Counted from the stretch's first letter, positions 10,856-21,149 are shown. The stretch: 64,000 nucleotides of DNA from an uncultured Candidatus Saccharibacteria bacterium (GCA_964369115.1 CAYJED010000003.1:28458-92457); one strand, 5' to 3'. The notes: generated from the letters alone by a model not told the origin. Program-made: numbers and translations.

Positions 10856-12190
10856 TTACTTAGTTTCTTCCGTTTCAGCTTTTGCTTCTTCAGTAGTTTC
10901 TTCTGTAGCTTCTACTTCATTTTCTACTTCAGTATTTTTTGGTGCATCACCTTCAGTTACATGAAGCGCTTCGATAACTTCAGAAACTTCTTCTTCAATT
11001 GTTTCATCAGTAAGAACTCCTTCATTTGTAAGAGCACCTTCTTCGTCTGCTTCAGCCAGCATTTCACCACCTGAAACGATATCAATTTTCCATCCAGTAA
11101 GTTTTGCAGCGAGACGAACATTCTGTCCTCCTTTACCGATAGCAAGAGACTGCTCTGCCTGAGTCACTGTTACGACAGCCTTTTTCTCTGTTTCATCAAG
11201 TTCGATAGAAACAGCCTTTGCAGGGGAGAGCGCTGTTGCGATGAAACGACGAGCGTCGTCTGACCATTCGATAACATCAATCTTCTCACCTGAAAGTTCT
11301 TCAGTGATAGCTGATACACGAGCACCGCGCTGACCAACACATGCTCCGATTGGATCAATGCGTTCATCAGTTGAACGCACCGCAATCTTAGAACGTGACC
11401 CTGGCTCACGAGCAACCGCCACGATTTCTACAACACCTTGAGCGATTTCCTGACTTTCATTTTTGAAAAGTTCAATTAAGAATTTTGGATGTGAACGTGA
11501 AAGACGAATTGAAAGCCCGCGGAATCCTTCTTCAATAGAGAAGAGGTACGCACGAATACGCTCACCAGGACGAAGACGTTCTGACTGAATCTGTTCTTCA
11601 AAAGGTAGGATCGCAGTAGTACGACCAAGATCGATAAATGCAGTACCACGCTCAACACGCTGCACAACACCAGAAACAATAGTGTGTTCCTTGTCGGTAA
11701 ATTCACCAACAATACTTTCACGCTCTGCTTCACGAAGCTTCTGTACAATCACTTGCTTTGCAGTTTGTGCAGCGATACGACCGAAGTCATCCTGATTATC
11801 AAGTGGGAAAACGATCTCTTCACCGAGTTCTGCATTCTTCTTAAGAAGCTTTGCAGATGAGAGGAGAATGTGACGCTCTTCATTGTAACGAGGAAGAAGC
11901 TCTTCTGCTTCCTGTAGCGCTTCTTCTTTTGGTGAAAGGATCACTTCCTCTTCACCTTCTACTGGCATACGAACTGTCGTTTCATCAACAACAATTTTTA
12001 CTTGTTCAAAAGATGTTTCACCAGTATCAAAATTGATCTGACAACGCACGATCTGTCCACGCTTTCCGTATTCTTTCTGATATGCTGCTGCGAGAGACTT
12101 TTCTACTGCATCCACCACTTTTTCGTGAGGGATTTTCTTTTCTTCTTCGAGTTGAAGAAGGGCTGTTTTAAGGGCTTTGATGTCTAACAT
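10856..12190 (-). CDS. nusA: transcription termination/antitermination factor NusA
   Basis: N-terminal domain, S1 and tandem KH regions (GACVGQRGARV; GKGGQNVRLA), acidic C-terminal tail; 444 aa. Confidence 0.9.
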   Translation of the reverse strand: MLDIKALKTALLQLEEEKKIPHEKVVDAVEKSLAAAYQKEYGKRGQIVRCQINFDTGETSFEQVKIVVDETTVRMPVEGEEEVILSPKEEALQEAEELLPRYNEERHILLSSAKLLKKNAELGEEIVFPLDNQDDFGRIAAQTAKQVIVQKLREAERESIVGEFTDKEHTIVSGVVQRVERGTAFIDLGRTTAILPFEEQIQSERLRPGERIRAYLFSIEEGFRGLSIRLSRSHPKFLIELFKNESQEIAQGVVEIVAVAREPGSRSKIAVRSTDERIDPIGACVGQRGARVSAITEELSGEKIDVIEWSDDARRFIATALSPAKAVSIELDETEKKAVVTVTQAEQSLAIGKGGQNVRLAAKLTGWKIDIVSGGEMLAEADEEGALTNEGVLTDETIEEEVSEVIEALHVTEGDAPKNTEVENEVEATEETTEEAKAETEETK

Positions 12191-12474
12191 AATAGTTATT
12201 CGTAATTAGTTATTCGTAATTAGTTTTTATACACACAAATTTCATAAAAACTATACAAAATAAGGCTATTTTTATAATTTTTTAACAAAAGTGATTACAC
12301 TTTTTTAAAAATGCGTTCGGACAATATGAAAATATTTCGCATTGTCACTCACTTTTTTCAATAAAAATGGCCGGACCACTGGTCCGACTCACAACTTCAC
12401 ACACATCCAAACTAACTATTTTAGTATACCATACACTCTAAAAAAAGCAAGTATATGTACTATCTCAAGTTTAT

Positions 12475-14502
12475 GTGAATATACCTCACTTTTACAAGGT
12501 ATACTCGTTTGTAATGGGCCATCTATCTCAAGAAGAACAGAAGAAGGGAAACTCTTTAGAAAAAGAGACTTCTTCTCATTTCAAAGAAGAGCTTGATGCA
12601 ATTCTTTCTCTTCATATCACCCCAGAAACAATTGCAACATTTTATGATGAAGCACTTTCAAAGACCATTCTTCTTATTGCAAAAACAGTACAACACTACA
12701 AAGAGGAAGGACTGGGGGCGAATCTTTCTGGTAAAGCACTTGAAGATGCTGCAGCTGCCCACTACGGCATTCCTTCTGTTACAGATCTGCTCACTCGTAT
12801 CGAGGAACGGGAGCGCTATATTCAAGAACTTAAAGATGATCTTATTACAAAAACAGGATACAGTAGCGAGGTCTTTGTGCCACCAACAGCAGATGAAAGA
12901 TTTATCGTAACAGGAAGTGGCAACGGTTTTGAAGAGAAGAGACTCATTCCTCGACTACTTACTCTTTCCTATATTCTTGAGCATGATCTTGGTATTAACA
13001 TGCAAGACGTAGACATTGTACAAGGCACAACAACTGATAACATGATGCGCAAACATCCGTATGTACGACTTAGTGTTCCACTTGAAAGCGGTGATCGCAT
13101 CGTCTACATTTGCGAAGAAGAAGGTAATGCAACTTTTGTTTTTGATAAAGTGAAAATTTTGGAAAAAGTTGGAGACATTCGGCTCCTTGATGTAACTGAT
13201 AAGGTTCGCTACAAAGAACATATTCATGCTGATAGAAGTGTTGGCACCATCGTTCGCCAAAGCCCTACATGGAGGGAGGATGTAACAGAAGCACTAACAG
13301 AATCTTTTGCTGAACCTTTTGTAGAAAAAAGTGGTGTAAAAAAAGAACGAATACCGCAAACAAAAAAAGTATCACCGTCTGATTTTGAAAAATTAATTCC
13401 AAAGAAAAAAGAGGGGTGGGAGAGTGCGAGCTCAATTAATAAACAAGGTTTTGGTAACAGTGAAACAATAGCAAAATTTGCTGAAACATTCCGTATAGAA
13501 CATTCAAAGTGGTTTGAGGAGCAGAAACCGAGCAAAGGCCACCCCGCTACACACTATCACCCGGAATTAGTTACAAAGATTAAAGAACATTTTAAGAAAC
13601 AAAAAGAAAAAAGAGATACGGCTCATGAGAGAAAAGAAGGGTGGGAGAGTGCAAACTCATTAAAGCAACAAGGTTTTGGTAAAAGGGAAACGTTAACAGC
13701 ATTTACTGAAACATTCAGGGCACAGCATCCAGAATGGTTTGAGGAACAGAAGACAGGTGGAGGCAAAGTCGCTGAACACTATCACCCAGAATTGGTTGCG
13801 AAGCTTGTAGAGCGTTTAACTAAAATACCGAAGAAAAAAGAGGGGTGGGAGAGTGCGAGCTCATTAAAAAAGCAAAAAGATTTTGGTGACAGTAGAACAA
13901 TAGCAGCATTTGCTGAAACATTCAGGGTACAGCATCCAGAATGGTTTGAGGAACAGAAGGCAGATAAAGGTGCTGCAGCTGAACACTATCACCCAGAATT
14001 GGTTGCGAAGCTTATAGAGCATTTAACTAAAATACTGAAGAAAAAAGAGGGGTGGGAAAGTGCGAGCTCTATAAAAGAAATTGTTGGTTATAGTTCATAT
14101 TATACAATAAATAAGTTTGCTGAAACATTCAGAGCACAGCATCCAGAATGGTTTGAGGAACAGAAAAATAAAAGCAATTCATCAATACACTATCATCCAG
14201 AGTTAGTTAGAAAGATTGTAGAACATTTTACAAATGCAAAAAAGACACTAGAAAAAAAGCAAGAGAAAAGATGGGGATGGGGGAGCGCGCGATCACTAAT
14301 GAGAGGAGGTATGCTTGGCGGATATAAACAGATAACTAAATTTGCTGAAACATTCAGGGCACAGCATCCAGAATGGTTTGAGGAACAGAAGACAAGTGGA
14401 GGCAAAGTCGCTGAACACTATCACCCAGAATTGGTTACAAAAATTGTTGAACGTTTTGGAAGAAGGGGGATGATTGGAGATGAAAGTGAAAAAGAAAACT
14501 AA
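12475..14502 (+). CDS. hypothetical protein with five tandem ~70-aa repeats
   Basis: Repeat unit KKKEGWESASSL..FG...TIA.FAETFR.QHPEWFEEQK.....EHYHPELV.K..E x5; unique ~300-aa N-terminal region. Confidence 0.6.
   Translation: MNIPHFYKVYSFVMGHLSQEEQKKGNSLEKETSSHFKEELDAILSLHITPETIATFYDEALSKTILLIAKTVQHYKEEGLGANLSGKALEDAAAAHYGIPSVTDLLTRIEERERYIQELKDDLITKTGYSSEVFVPPTADERFIVTGSGNGFEEKRLIPRLLTLSYILEHDLGINMQDVDIVQGTTTDNMMRKHPYVRLSVPLESGDRIVYICEEEGNATFVFDKVKILEKVGDIRLLDVTDKVRYKEHIHADRSVGTIVRQSPTWREDVTEALTESFAEPFVEKSGVKKERIPQTKKVSPSDFEKLIPKKKEGWESASSINKQGFGNSETIAKFAETFRIEHSKWFEEQKPSKGHPATHYHPELVTKIKEHFKKQKEKRDTAHERKEGWESANSLKQQGFGKRETLTAFTETFRAQHPEWFEEQKTGGGKVAEHYHPELVAKLVERLTKIPKKKEGWESASSLKKQKDFGDSRTIAAFAETFRVQHPEWFEEQKADKGAAAEHYHPELVAKLIEHLTKILKKKEGWESASSIKEIVGYSSYYTINKFAETFRAQHPEWFEEQKNKSNSSIHYHPELVRKIVEHFTNAKKTLEKKQEKRWGWGSARSLMRGGMLGGYKQITKFAETFRAQHPEWFEEQKTSGGKVAEHYHPELVTKIVERFGRRGMIGDESEKEN
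13401..14460 (+). repeat. in-frame tandem DNA repeats (~210 bp x5, imperfect) inside CDS 12475..14502
   Basis: Recurring aagaaaaaagaggggtgggagagtgcgagctc... and cagcatccagaatggtttgaggaacagaa... blocks. Confidence 0.7.
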
Positions 14503-14535
14503 AAGAGCGGCGCCGTAGGCGCCGCTCTTTTTCTC
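14503..14535. terminator. GC-rich hairpin terminator
   Basis: agagcggcgcc-gtag-gcgccgctct followed by ttttctc; near-identical copy at 15375..15408. Confidence 0.6.
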
Positions 14536-14613
14536 TTGTATTTTACTAATTACTCATTACTAAAAACTAATTACTGTCTCTTACTTCACCACCGGCCCAT
14601 CAGGCTGTTTCAC

Positions 14614-14652
14614 TAAACAAAAACCTCGTCTTTTGACGAGGTTTTTGTTTAG
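14614..14652. terminator. hairpin terminator
   Basis: aaacaaaaacctcgtc-ttttg-acgaggtttttgttt. Confidence 0.55.
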
Positions 14653-14655
14653 TAT

Positions 14656-15300
14656 TTAATACTTGCTTTGCGAATACGTATAACTAGAGGAATTTCCGTA
14701 ATATGATCTACTGTACTTATTTTGTATATCATACCCTTGATTGTTTGGCTGAGAAAAAGTTGATGGGGCTTCATAAGAATATATCGACGGGGTATTTTGA
14801 CCTATAAAAGAAGGCTGATTTATATTGTTACTGGAAGATCCAGGGACTATTTGCGAGTACTGATATGGCAATGGTTCTGCCGACCACGCAGGTCCATATT
14901 CTGTTCTAAGTTCTGGTGTAAATGTTGTTTCATAGCGAGTAACATAACATCCTCCATACATGTCTACCCCTACACATCGATGATTCCTTGGGTTTTGTAT
15001 ATTTGAATAATTGAAAGATTCCCCCGTTATACTAACGCAAGTTGGCGTAACACCAACCATGTACATTATTTCTCCTGGGCGACCTCTTGGATTATTGTCG
15101 ATACATTCAATAGTAATAGTGTAAGGTTTATCAGAAACCCTATTAGAAGAACCATAATAAGTAGTTCCGTAAACAGAAAAATTATATGGGAGATAATTTC
15201 CATACCCATACGCAAAAACACCTTGAGAAAAGAGGCTAAACAGTCCGAGCGCAAAAATACCTACTTTAAACTTATTTTTCATAATTTTAATATTATACAT
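14656..15300 (-). CDS. secreted Tyr/Asn/Ser-rich low-complexity protein
   Basis: Signal peptide MKNKFKVGIFALGLFSLFSQGVFA; Y/N/S/G-rich mature region; 214 aa. Confidence 0.5.
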   Translation of the reverse strand: MYNIKIMKNKFKVGIFALGLFSLFSQGVFAYGYGNYLPYNFSVYGTTYYGSSNRVSDKPYTITIECIDNNPRGRPGEIMYMVGVTPTCVSITGESFNYSNIQNPRNHRCVGVDMYGGCYVTRYETTFTPELRTEYGPAWSAEPLPYQYSQIVPGSSSNNINQPSFIGQNTPSIYSYEAPSTFSQPNNQGYDIQNKYSRSYYGNSSSYTYSQSKY

Positions 15301-15374
15301 TACTTTTATTAAAATGTCAAATAATACACTCTTACAGCTTCGGATTTACACTTCATCACTTTCTTTAATTAGTT

Positions 15375-15408
15375 AAAAGAGCGGCGCCTACGGCGCCGCT
15401 CTTTTTAT
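15375..15408. terminator. GC-rich hairpin (copy of 14503..14535 element)
   Basis: agagcggcgcc-tac-ggcgccgctct followed by ttttatc. Confidence 0.5.
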
Positions 15409-15444
15409 CTTGTATTTTACTAATTACGAATTACTAACAACTAA

Positions 15445-16137
15445 TTACTCTCTCTTCACTACCAATCCATCCGATAATCTCACTATTCTGTCTGCCATTT
15501 TACCGTACTCTTCTTCATGCGTTACCATTACCACCGTAAGGCCGTCTTCTTTATTTAACTTTTTAAAAATATCCATCACCAGACGAGATGATGCGGAGTC
15601 GAGGTTTGCAGTTGGTTCATCAGCAAATAAAATTTTTGGTTTGTGAATCATGGCGCGAGCAATGGACACTCGTTGCTGCTCTCCACCAGAAAGTTCTGAT
15701 GGAAGGTTGCCGGTTCTGTGTCCTAAGTTCACACTTGTGAGCACCTCTTGTGCACGGCGCTCCGCAGAAGCTTTACTTACACCTTGCATAAGAAGGGGGA
15801 TCATGACATTTTCAAGTGCGGTAAGCTCAGGTAAAAGTGAGTAATCCTGAAACACGTACCCGAGGAATCGAAGTCTAAAGTCAGTCTTCTCACTCATAGA
15901 AAGAGTGTCAACTCTTTTTCCGACAAGACTAATAGTTCCGCTTGTTGGGGTGTCGAGAAGTGAGAGTTGATAGAGAAAAGTAGACTTACCTGCTCCTGAG
16001 CGCCCCATAATAGCAACGAACTCTCCTTCTTGTACTTCAAAATCAATTCCTTTAAGTACTTGGATTTCTTTATCCCCGTCAATAAAATGTCTTGTAACCG
16101 CTTTTGTGGTAACGATTGATGTGTGTGAATGTGACAT
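15445..16137 (-). CDS. ABC transporter ATP-binding protein (MacB/LolD/FtsE-like)
   Basis: Walker A GRSGAGKST, signature LSGGEQQRVSIARA, Walker B ILFADEPT; 230 aa. Confidence 0.85.
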   Translation of the reverse strand: MSHSHTSIVTTKAVTRHFIDGDKEIQVLKGIDFEVQEGEFVAIMGRSGAGKSTFLYQLSLLDTPTSGTISLVGKRVDTLSMSEKTDFRLRFLGYVFQDYSLLPELTALENVMIPLLMQGVSKASAERRAQEVLTSVNLGHRTGNLPSELSGGEQQRVSIARAMIHKPKILFADEPTANLDSASSRLVMDIFKKLNKEDGLTVVMVTHEEEYGKMADRIVRLSDGLVVKRE

Positions 16138-16160
16138 GGTGGTAAAATTTATTTTTCTTA

Positions 16161-17483
16161 CTACTTTCTTCCTAGGATAGCGTTAAGCGTGTTAGTACTT
16201 ACAATAATACGAGCAGGGAGGTAGCCCGCGAACACTGACACAATCATCACAAGAATAAATCGAAATGCTACAGATACCGGCTCCGCCACAAGCACGATAG
16301 TTGCAAATGGTGTATCGATTGGGTTTGCATCGATGTATGGCTTAAGTCCAAGGAAGATAATAGCGAGTGCAACTCCTGAACCAACAAGCACATAAAAGAG
16401 TGCCTGACAGATGTAACTAAACTCAATAGCAAATTCGTTAACACCAATTGCTTTCATAATACCGATCTGGCGACGACGAGTAAGAGCATTAATGTAGATG
16501 ATAATAAAGATAGTGATAAGCGCTACCACTACTGACACTGATCCCAAGATAGTACCGATAATACTAAAGAATAATTTAATATTAACGAGAAATTCTGGCG
16601 CACCTTCATCTGCGGTATTTATTTTTGCATATTCACCAAAGCCGTTATTGAGGAAAGGGGTTTTTACAACATACGGATCAATGTTGTCATTCATGATGAT
16701 AGAAATTTCTGACATATTACCGTCTGTTTTCCCAAGCATTTTTCGTAGCTCAGAATCTAAGATGTACCCACGAGAAGAAACAAAGGCAACTTTTGAATCA
16801 ACAATTCCGCGCACAATAAAATCTTTAGTAACAGCACCTGTTCCGCTAATTTCCGTAGAGAGTTCTTGGCCTTCATTTTGAGGATTAATCACAAGTCGTT
16901 CGCCGGATACCGTAACACGCACCGTGTCTCCAATTTCTACATCACGAAGAAGTGACACAAGATCAGCAACACGACTGTATTTCGTAAAGTATGCTGAACC
17001 AAGCACAATTCCTTGTGCATCTCCTTCTTGTAGCCACTCACCTTCAACAACAGCATCTGAAAGATTTGTAGTTGCATCTTCTTTTACGGGATCAATTCCT
17101 GCGATTTGATTTGAGACAGAGTTTTCATCATCTTCAGTTCTTTTTTCCCACCAATTTGCTTCCACTTTTGCTCCAGCCACTAAGCGAGAGGAGTAGCTCT
17201 TTACTTGAGGAAACGAAGAAACAAAACTAAGAATTTCATTTGTTCTTTCGATGTACTGATTCTCATTACGATTGGTGATCATGAGATCACCTGTCCACTG
17301 TGTTTTAAAAGCACGAGACGCTCCTTCTACAATTCCTACAAGAAATCCACTTGTTGCAACAAGGTTAAGAAACGTAAGCATCATGATAAACACGATGAGT
17401 CCTGTTGCCCACTTACTTGTTCGTGTCACTTGGCGAATCGCGAGAAAGAATCCAAGTGAAAGCGTGTTAAGAAAATGTTTCAT
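16161..17483 (-). CDS. ABC transporter permease, FtsX/MacB family
   Basis: N-terminal TM, large periplasmic domain, C-terminal 3-TM FtsX-like region; 440 aa; operonic with ATPase. Confidence 0.8.
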   Translation of the reverse strand: MKHFLNTLSLGFFLAIRQVTRTSKWATGLIVFIMMLTFLNLVATSGFLVGIVEGASRAFKTQWTGDLMITNRNENQYIERTNEILSFVSSFPQVKSYSSRLVAGAKVEANWWEKRTEDDENSVSNQIAGIDPVKEDATTNLSDAVVEGEWLQEGDAQGIVLGSAYFTKYSRVADLVSLLRDVEIGDTVRVTVSGERLVINPQNEGQELSTEISGTGAVTKDFIVRGIVDSKVAFVSSRGYILDSELRKMLGKTDGNMSEISIIMNDNIDPYVVKTPFLNNGFGEYAKINTADEGAPEFLVNIKLFFSIIGTILGSVSVVVALITIFIIIYINALTRRRQIGIMKAIGVNEFAIEFSYICQALFYVLVGSGVALAIIFLGLKPYIDANPIDTPFATIVLVAEPVSVAFRFILVMIVSVFAGYLPARIIVSTNTLNAILGRK

Positions 17484-17488
17484 AACAA

Positions 17489-19117
17489 CTAATTAGAGGT
17501 GGTTTGTTTTTGTGCACCACGATCCTTCGTAACAGGAGGCAGAAGCATTTCTCCTTCAGTAAGACCTCCCATAATTTCGATAAGACCATCTTCTCCACGC
17601 AACCCAAGTGCAACTTCTTTTGAAACACCTTTACTATCTTTAAAAATAGTTACCGTTCCTTTCTTTGGATTATCGATAGTAACAAAACGTGAAGGGATAA
17701 CGATGCTGTTTGTTTTTTTGCTCGTAACAATTTTTACATTTGCTGTCATACCTTCTTTTACACGGTCATCCTTTCCAACAAAAGTAACAATTGCAGTGTA
17801 CACAGGGACAGTTCCTTCTGTTGTTGCAACAGGGTTAATACGAGTAACAACTCCAGGGAAAATAACAGAGCGACCATATGCATCAAGAGTAATTTCTACT
17901 TCAGCTCCAGGGGAAACTTTTACAATATCAATTTCTGGAATCTTTGCTTCCACCTCAAAACCATCTGTTGCAATCATAGAAATCACCGTTCTTCCAACCG
18001 TAACATTTTCACCAATAGAAAGATCAACCTTACTTACCGTTCCGCTAAATGGAGCAACAATCATAGTCTTAAGGAGTCCTGATCTTGCTTGAGCTACCGT
18101 TGCTTCTGCTTGAGAAACAAGAGCAGCTTGAGCTTTAATCTTAAAAGGATCAGTGCCTGCTTTTGTAAGCTCAAGATCTCGAGACGCTTGATTAAATGTA
18201 TTCTTTGCAATATTAAGAGCGCTTCGCTTTGACGTAATATCAGCAAAGAGCGCTGTCATCGAAGACTTAACTGAAGAGAGGAGGGTTCTGTATCCATCAA
18301 GAGATGTATTACTAATACTACAAGGAGCAAGGAGGAGTGCCGAGATAGTATTAACAAGATCATTAGTCTTAAGTGCCGCAAGGTACGCTTTTTCAAAAGC
18401 TTTATCAATTGCCTCTTCAGAAGAAATTGCTGTTATTACCCCAGAATGTTTTTGGAAGTCAGCCAAAACATCTTCAATTTCTGTACGCTTATTTTCAAGA
18501 TCACCTAAAAGACGCTGATCACACGGGGAAAAAGAAAGCATGTAGCGTCCACTTGAAAGGATAAACAGGTTTGAAAACTTATTCTTCACTGTGTCTGCCG
18601 TAACCGAGTCGGTATTTTGAATTGAATCAGGAAGAGCGCCGTATGCTTGGTTGAGAGAATTTTTTGCATTAATCACAAGCTGTTCTTTGAGTGCAACCTC
18701 TTCCTTTCGAGCACCTTGCTTTAACTGTTCAAGTGTTGCTTCTGCGCTTACAAGAGATGCTTGTGCTTGAAGAAGTGCCGATTGAGCATCAGCTGAGGAG
18801 AGGGTAGCTAAGGTACGCCCTTGTTCTACTTTGTCACCCGCACGCACCCCAACATACGACACCGCTCCTCCAGTTTGAAATGAGAGATTTGCGTCACGAG
18901 AAGAAGAAACTGACCCAGAAACTTTTACGTACTGAGTGATATCGCCGTAGGTAACAATATGTGTTTCAGAGGTTACTTTTGGTTCTGAAAACATAAAAAA
19001 CCCGAGTATTGCAACCATCATCACAAAGAGAAAAGCTGTATATGTTTTATGGTGAGCAAAAAACTTAATAATAAGGTGATAAATTGTTCCTAAAAAAGAA
19101 AATGTACGTGTGACCAT
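17489..19117 (-). CDS. HlyD/MacA-family periplasmic adaptor (membrane fusion protein)
   Basis: N-terminal TM, long coiled-coil (LLQAQASLVSAEATLEQLKQG...), beta-barrel/lipoyl-like C-terminal; start moved to MVTRTF to avoid overlap with tpiA. Confidence 0.7.
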   Translation of the reverse strand: MVTRTFSFLGTIYHLIIKFFAHHKTYTAFLFVMMVAILGFFMFSEPKVTSETHIVTYGDITQYVKVSGSVSSSRDANLSFQTGGAVSYVGVRAGDKVEQGRTLATLSSADAQSALLQAQASLVSAEATLEQLKQGARKEEVALKEQLVINAKNSLNQAYGALPDSIQNTDSVTADTVKNKFSNLFILSSGRYMLSFSPCDQRLLGDLENKRTEIEDVLADFQKHSGVITAISSEEAIDKAFEKAYLAALKTNDLVNTISALLLAPCSISNTSLDGYRTLLSSVKSSMTALFADITSKRSALNIAKNTFNQASRDLELTKAGTDPFKIKAQAALVSQAEATVAQARSGLLKTMIVAPFSGTVSKVDLSIGENVTVGRTVISMIATDGFEVEAKIPEIDIVKVSPGAEVEITLDAYGRSVIFPGVVTRINPVATTEGTVPVYTAIVTFVGKDDRVKEGMTANVKIVTSKKTNSIVIPSRFVTIDNPKKGTVTIFKDSKGVSKEVALGLRGEDGLIEIMGGLTEGEMLLPPVTKDRGAQKQTTSN

Positions 19118-19193
19118 ATAGTCTCGAGTATACCAAGGAACCTTATAAATAAAGGGGGATACCGTCTCCTTATGACATGATATACTCTTTGGT

Positions 19194-19964
19194 ATGTCAA
19201 AAAATAGAGCTCCACTTATTGTTGGTAACTGGAAGGCTACACCAAAAACCTTAGATGAAGGAATTAAGTTTATTAAGTCACTTGAAAAAAAAGTTGCTTC
19301 ACCCAAATATAAGCTTCCAAAAAAAACATATCACATTGCAGCACCGTCAGTATTCATCTCTTCACTTACTCCACACACTAAAAGAGGTGAGATCGGAGCT
19401 CAAACCTTTGATGGTGTAGTTCTCGGTCAACATACAGGACAGGTAACTCCAGAACAAATAAAATCAACAGGTGCCACATTTACTATTATCGGACACAGTG
19501 AGGTGCGTAAACGCGGAGAAACCCAAGCAGAACGAAAAGAAAAAGTACTTGCTGCACTCAAAAATAAACTCACCACCATTGTGTGCTTTGGTGAAGCAAC
19601 ACGAGATAAAGAAGGAAAATACCTTGGTGAACTTGAAGGAGATATCAAAGAAACACTTCATGATGTTCCTCGTGAACTCTTTAATAACCTCGTTATTGCC
19701 TATGAGCCACTTTGGGCAATCGGAAGCAAAGAGCCGGCAACACCTTCTGAATGTTTTGAGGTAGTCATTGCTATTCGTCGTGCTCTTGCTTCACTTTCAG
19801 GTATTGATTATGCAAAAAAGGTAAACATTCTTTATGGTGGATCAGTGACCAAAGAAAGCTCGAAAGCATTTTTAGAAGAAGGTGGGGTGGACGGTCTTTT
19901 AATTGGTAGAGCCTCTCAGGATGTAACTTCTTTCTTTGAAATTATTACTTCTTGCCACAATTAG
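19194..19964 (+). CDS. tpiA: triosephosphate isomerase
   Basis: VGNWK, IIGHSE.R, AYEPLWAIG, GGS motifs; 256 aa. Confidence 0.9.
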   Translation: MSKNRAPLIVGNWKATPKTLDEGIKFIKSLEKKVASPKYKLPKKTYHIAAPSVFISSLTPHTKRGEIGAQTFDGVVLGQHTGQVTPEQIKSTGATFTIIGHSEVRKRGETQAERKEKVLAALKNKLTTIVCFGEATRDKEGKYLGELEGDIKETLHDVPRELFNNLVIAYEPLWAIGSKEPATPSECFEVVIAIRRALASLSGIDYAKKVNILYGGSVTKESSKAFLEEGGVDGLLIGRASQDVTSFFEIITSCHN

Positions 19965-20015
19965 TAGTAACAATGACTTACATACGTTTATTGTGTAGTA
20001 CACTTAGATACACTT

Positions 20016-21149
20016 ATGCTAAACACCACACAATGGAAAGATCACTGCCTTCCTGATCTTCGCACATTACAAGGAAAGCGAGTTATTGTACGTCTCGACT
20101 GGAATCTTCCAGTAAATGAGGGAAAGATTAGCGATACCAGTCGTTTTGATGTTACTGTTCCATTCCTTAAACAACTTTCACAGTCTGGTGCAAAAATAAT
20201 TCTCCTTACCCATATTGGAGAAAAAGGGGAAAGTCTTTCTCCTGTCGCTCATCATGCAACAGAAACACTTCCTTTTATTAGCTTTACTGAAAGTAAAGAG
20301 TTTAATGAGCTTCAAGAAAAAATAAGCACACTTCAAAATGGAGACGCCCTTCTTCTAGAAAACGTACGTCTCTTTGAAGGGGAAACAGATGGGAGCGACT
20401 CGCTTGCTGAAGCGTTTGCTTCTCTCGGGGATGTTTTTATTAATAATGCTTTTTCTGTAGCACACCGAAAACATTCTTCTGTTACAGGAATTCCGAAGTA
20501 TCGTATTTCGTATTTTGGACCAACTTTTGAACACGAACTCAAACACTTAACGGAGGCACTTACACCAAAAGCACCGGCGCTTCTCGTGGTTGGTGGAGCA
20601 AAAATTGCTACCAAGCTCACCCTTATTAAGCATTATCTTGATCAAGGTGTAAAAGTGTTTGTTGGTGGCGCCATGGTACACAACATTTGGAAAGAGAGAG
20701 GTTTAGAAATCGGAGAAAGTTTGTATGACCCAGAATATCATTTACCTGAAACATTTTATCGTCACCCGCTTTTACTCACTCCAATTGATGTTGTCCTTGA
20801 ATCTGGAGAACCAGTAGCCGTTGATCAGATTCCTAAAAACGGAAAAGTTGTCGACTGTGGTGAAAAAACTGTTGAAATGTTAAAAAATGAACTCACTCTC
20901 ATTAATACCATTATTGCAAACGGCCCTCTTGGGTTGTATGAAAAAGGCTGGATGAAGGGGAGTGAAGGGATACTTTTGGCTATTGCACAAAGTAACGCAA
21001 CAACCTACATAGGAGGAGGGGATACTGTTTCTGTAGCAAATGCTCTTCATATGCTTGATAAATTCACCTTTGTTTCTTTAGGGGGAGGGGCTATGCTTGA
21101 TTTCCTTTCATCTGGTACACTACCTGGTATTGATGCTGTCACACAATAA
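20016..21149 (+). CDS. pgk: phosphoglycerate kinase
   Basis: RLDWNLP, N-domain and C-domain (GGGDT...GGGA) motifs; 377 aa. Confidence 0.9.
   Translation: MLNTTQWKDHCLPDLRTLQGKRVIVRLDWNLPVNEGKISDTSRFDVTVPFLKQLSQSGAKIILLTHIGEKGESLSPVAHHATETLPFISFTESKEFNELQEKISTLQNGDALLLENVRLFEGETDGSDSLAEAFASLGDVFINNAFSVAHRKHSSVTGIPKYRISYFGPTFEHELKHLTEALTPKAPALLVVGGAKIATKLTLIKHYLDQGVKVFVGGAMVHNIWKERGLEIGESLYDPEYHLPETFYRHPLLLTPIDVVLESGEPVAVDQIPKNGKVVDCGEKTVEMLKNELTLINTIIANGPLGLYEKGWMKGSEGILLAIAQSNATTYIGGGDTVSVANALHMLDKFTFVSLGGGAMLDFLSSGTLPGIDAVTQ

Noticed and set aside
12342-12910. Overlapping small ORFs 12342..12596 and 12593..12910
   Set aside because: Out of frame with, and within or next to, the repeat-protein gene. 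No independent support.
15410-15646. 78-aa + strand ORF following the 15408 motif block
   Set aside because: Overlaps the 3' end of the ABC ATPase gene on the other strand. Composition looks non-coding.
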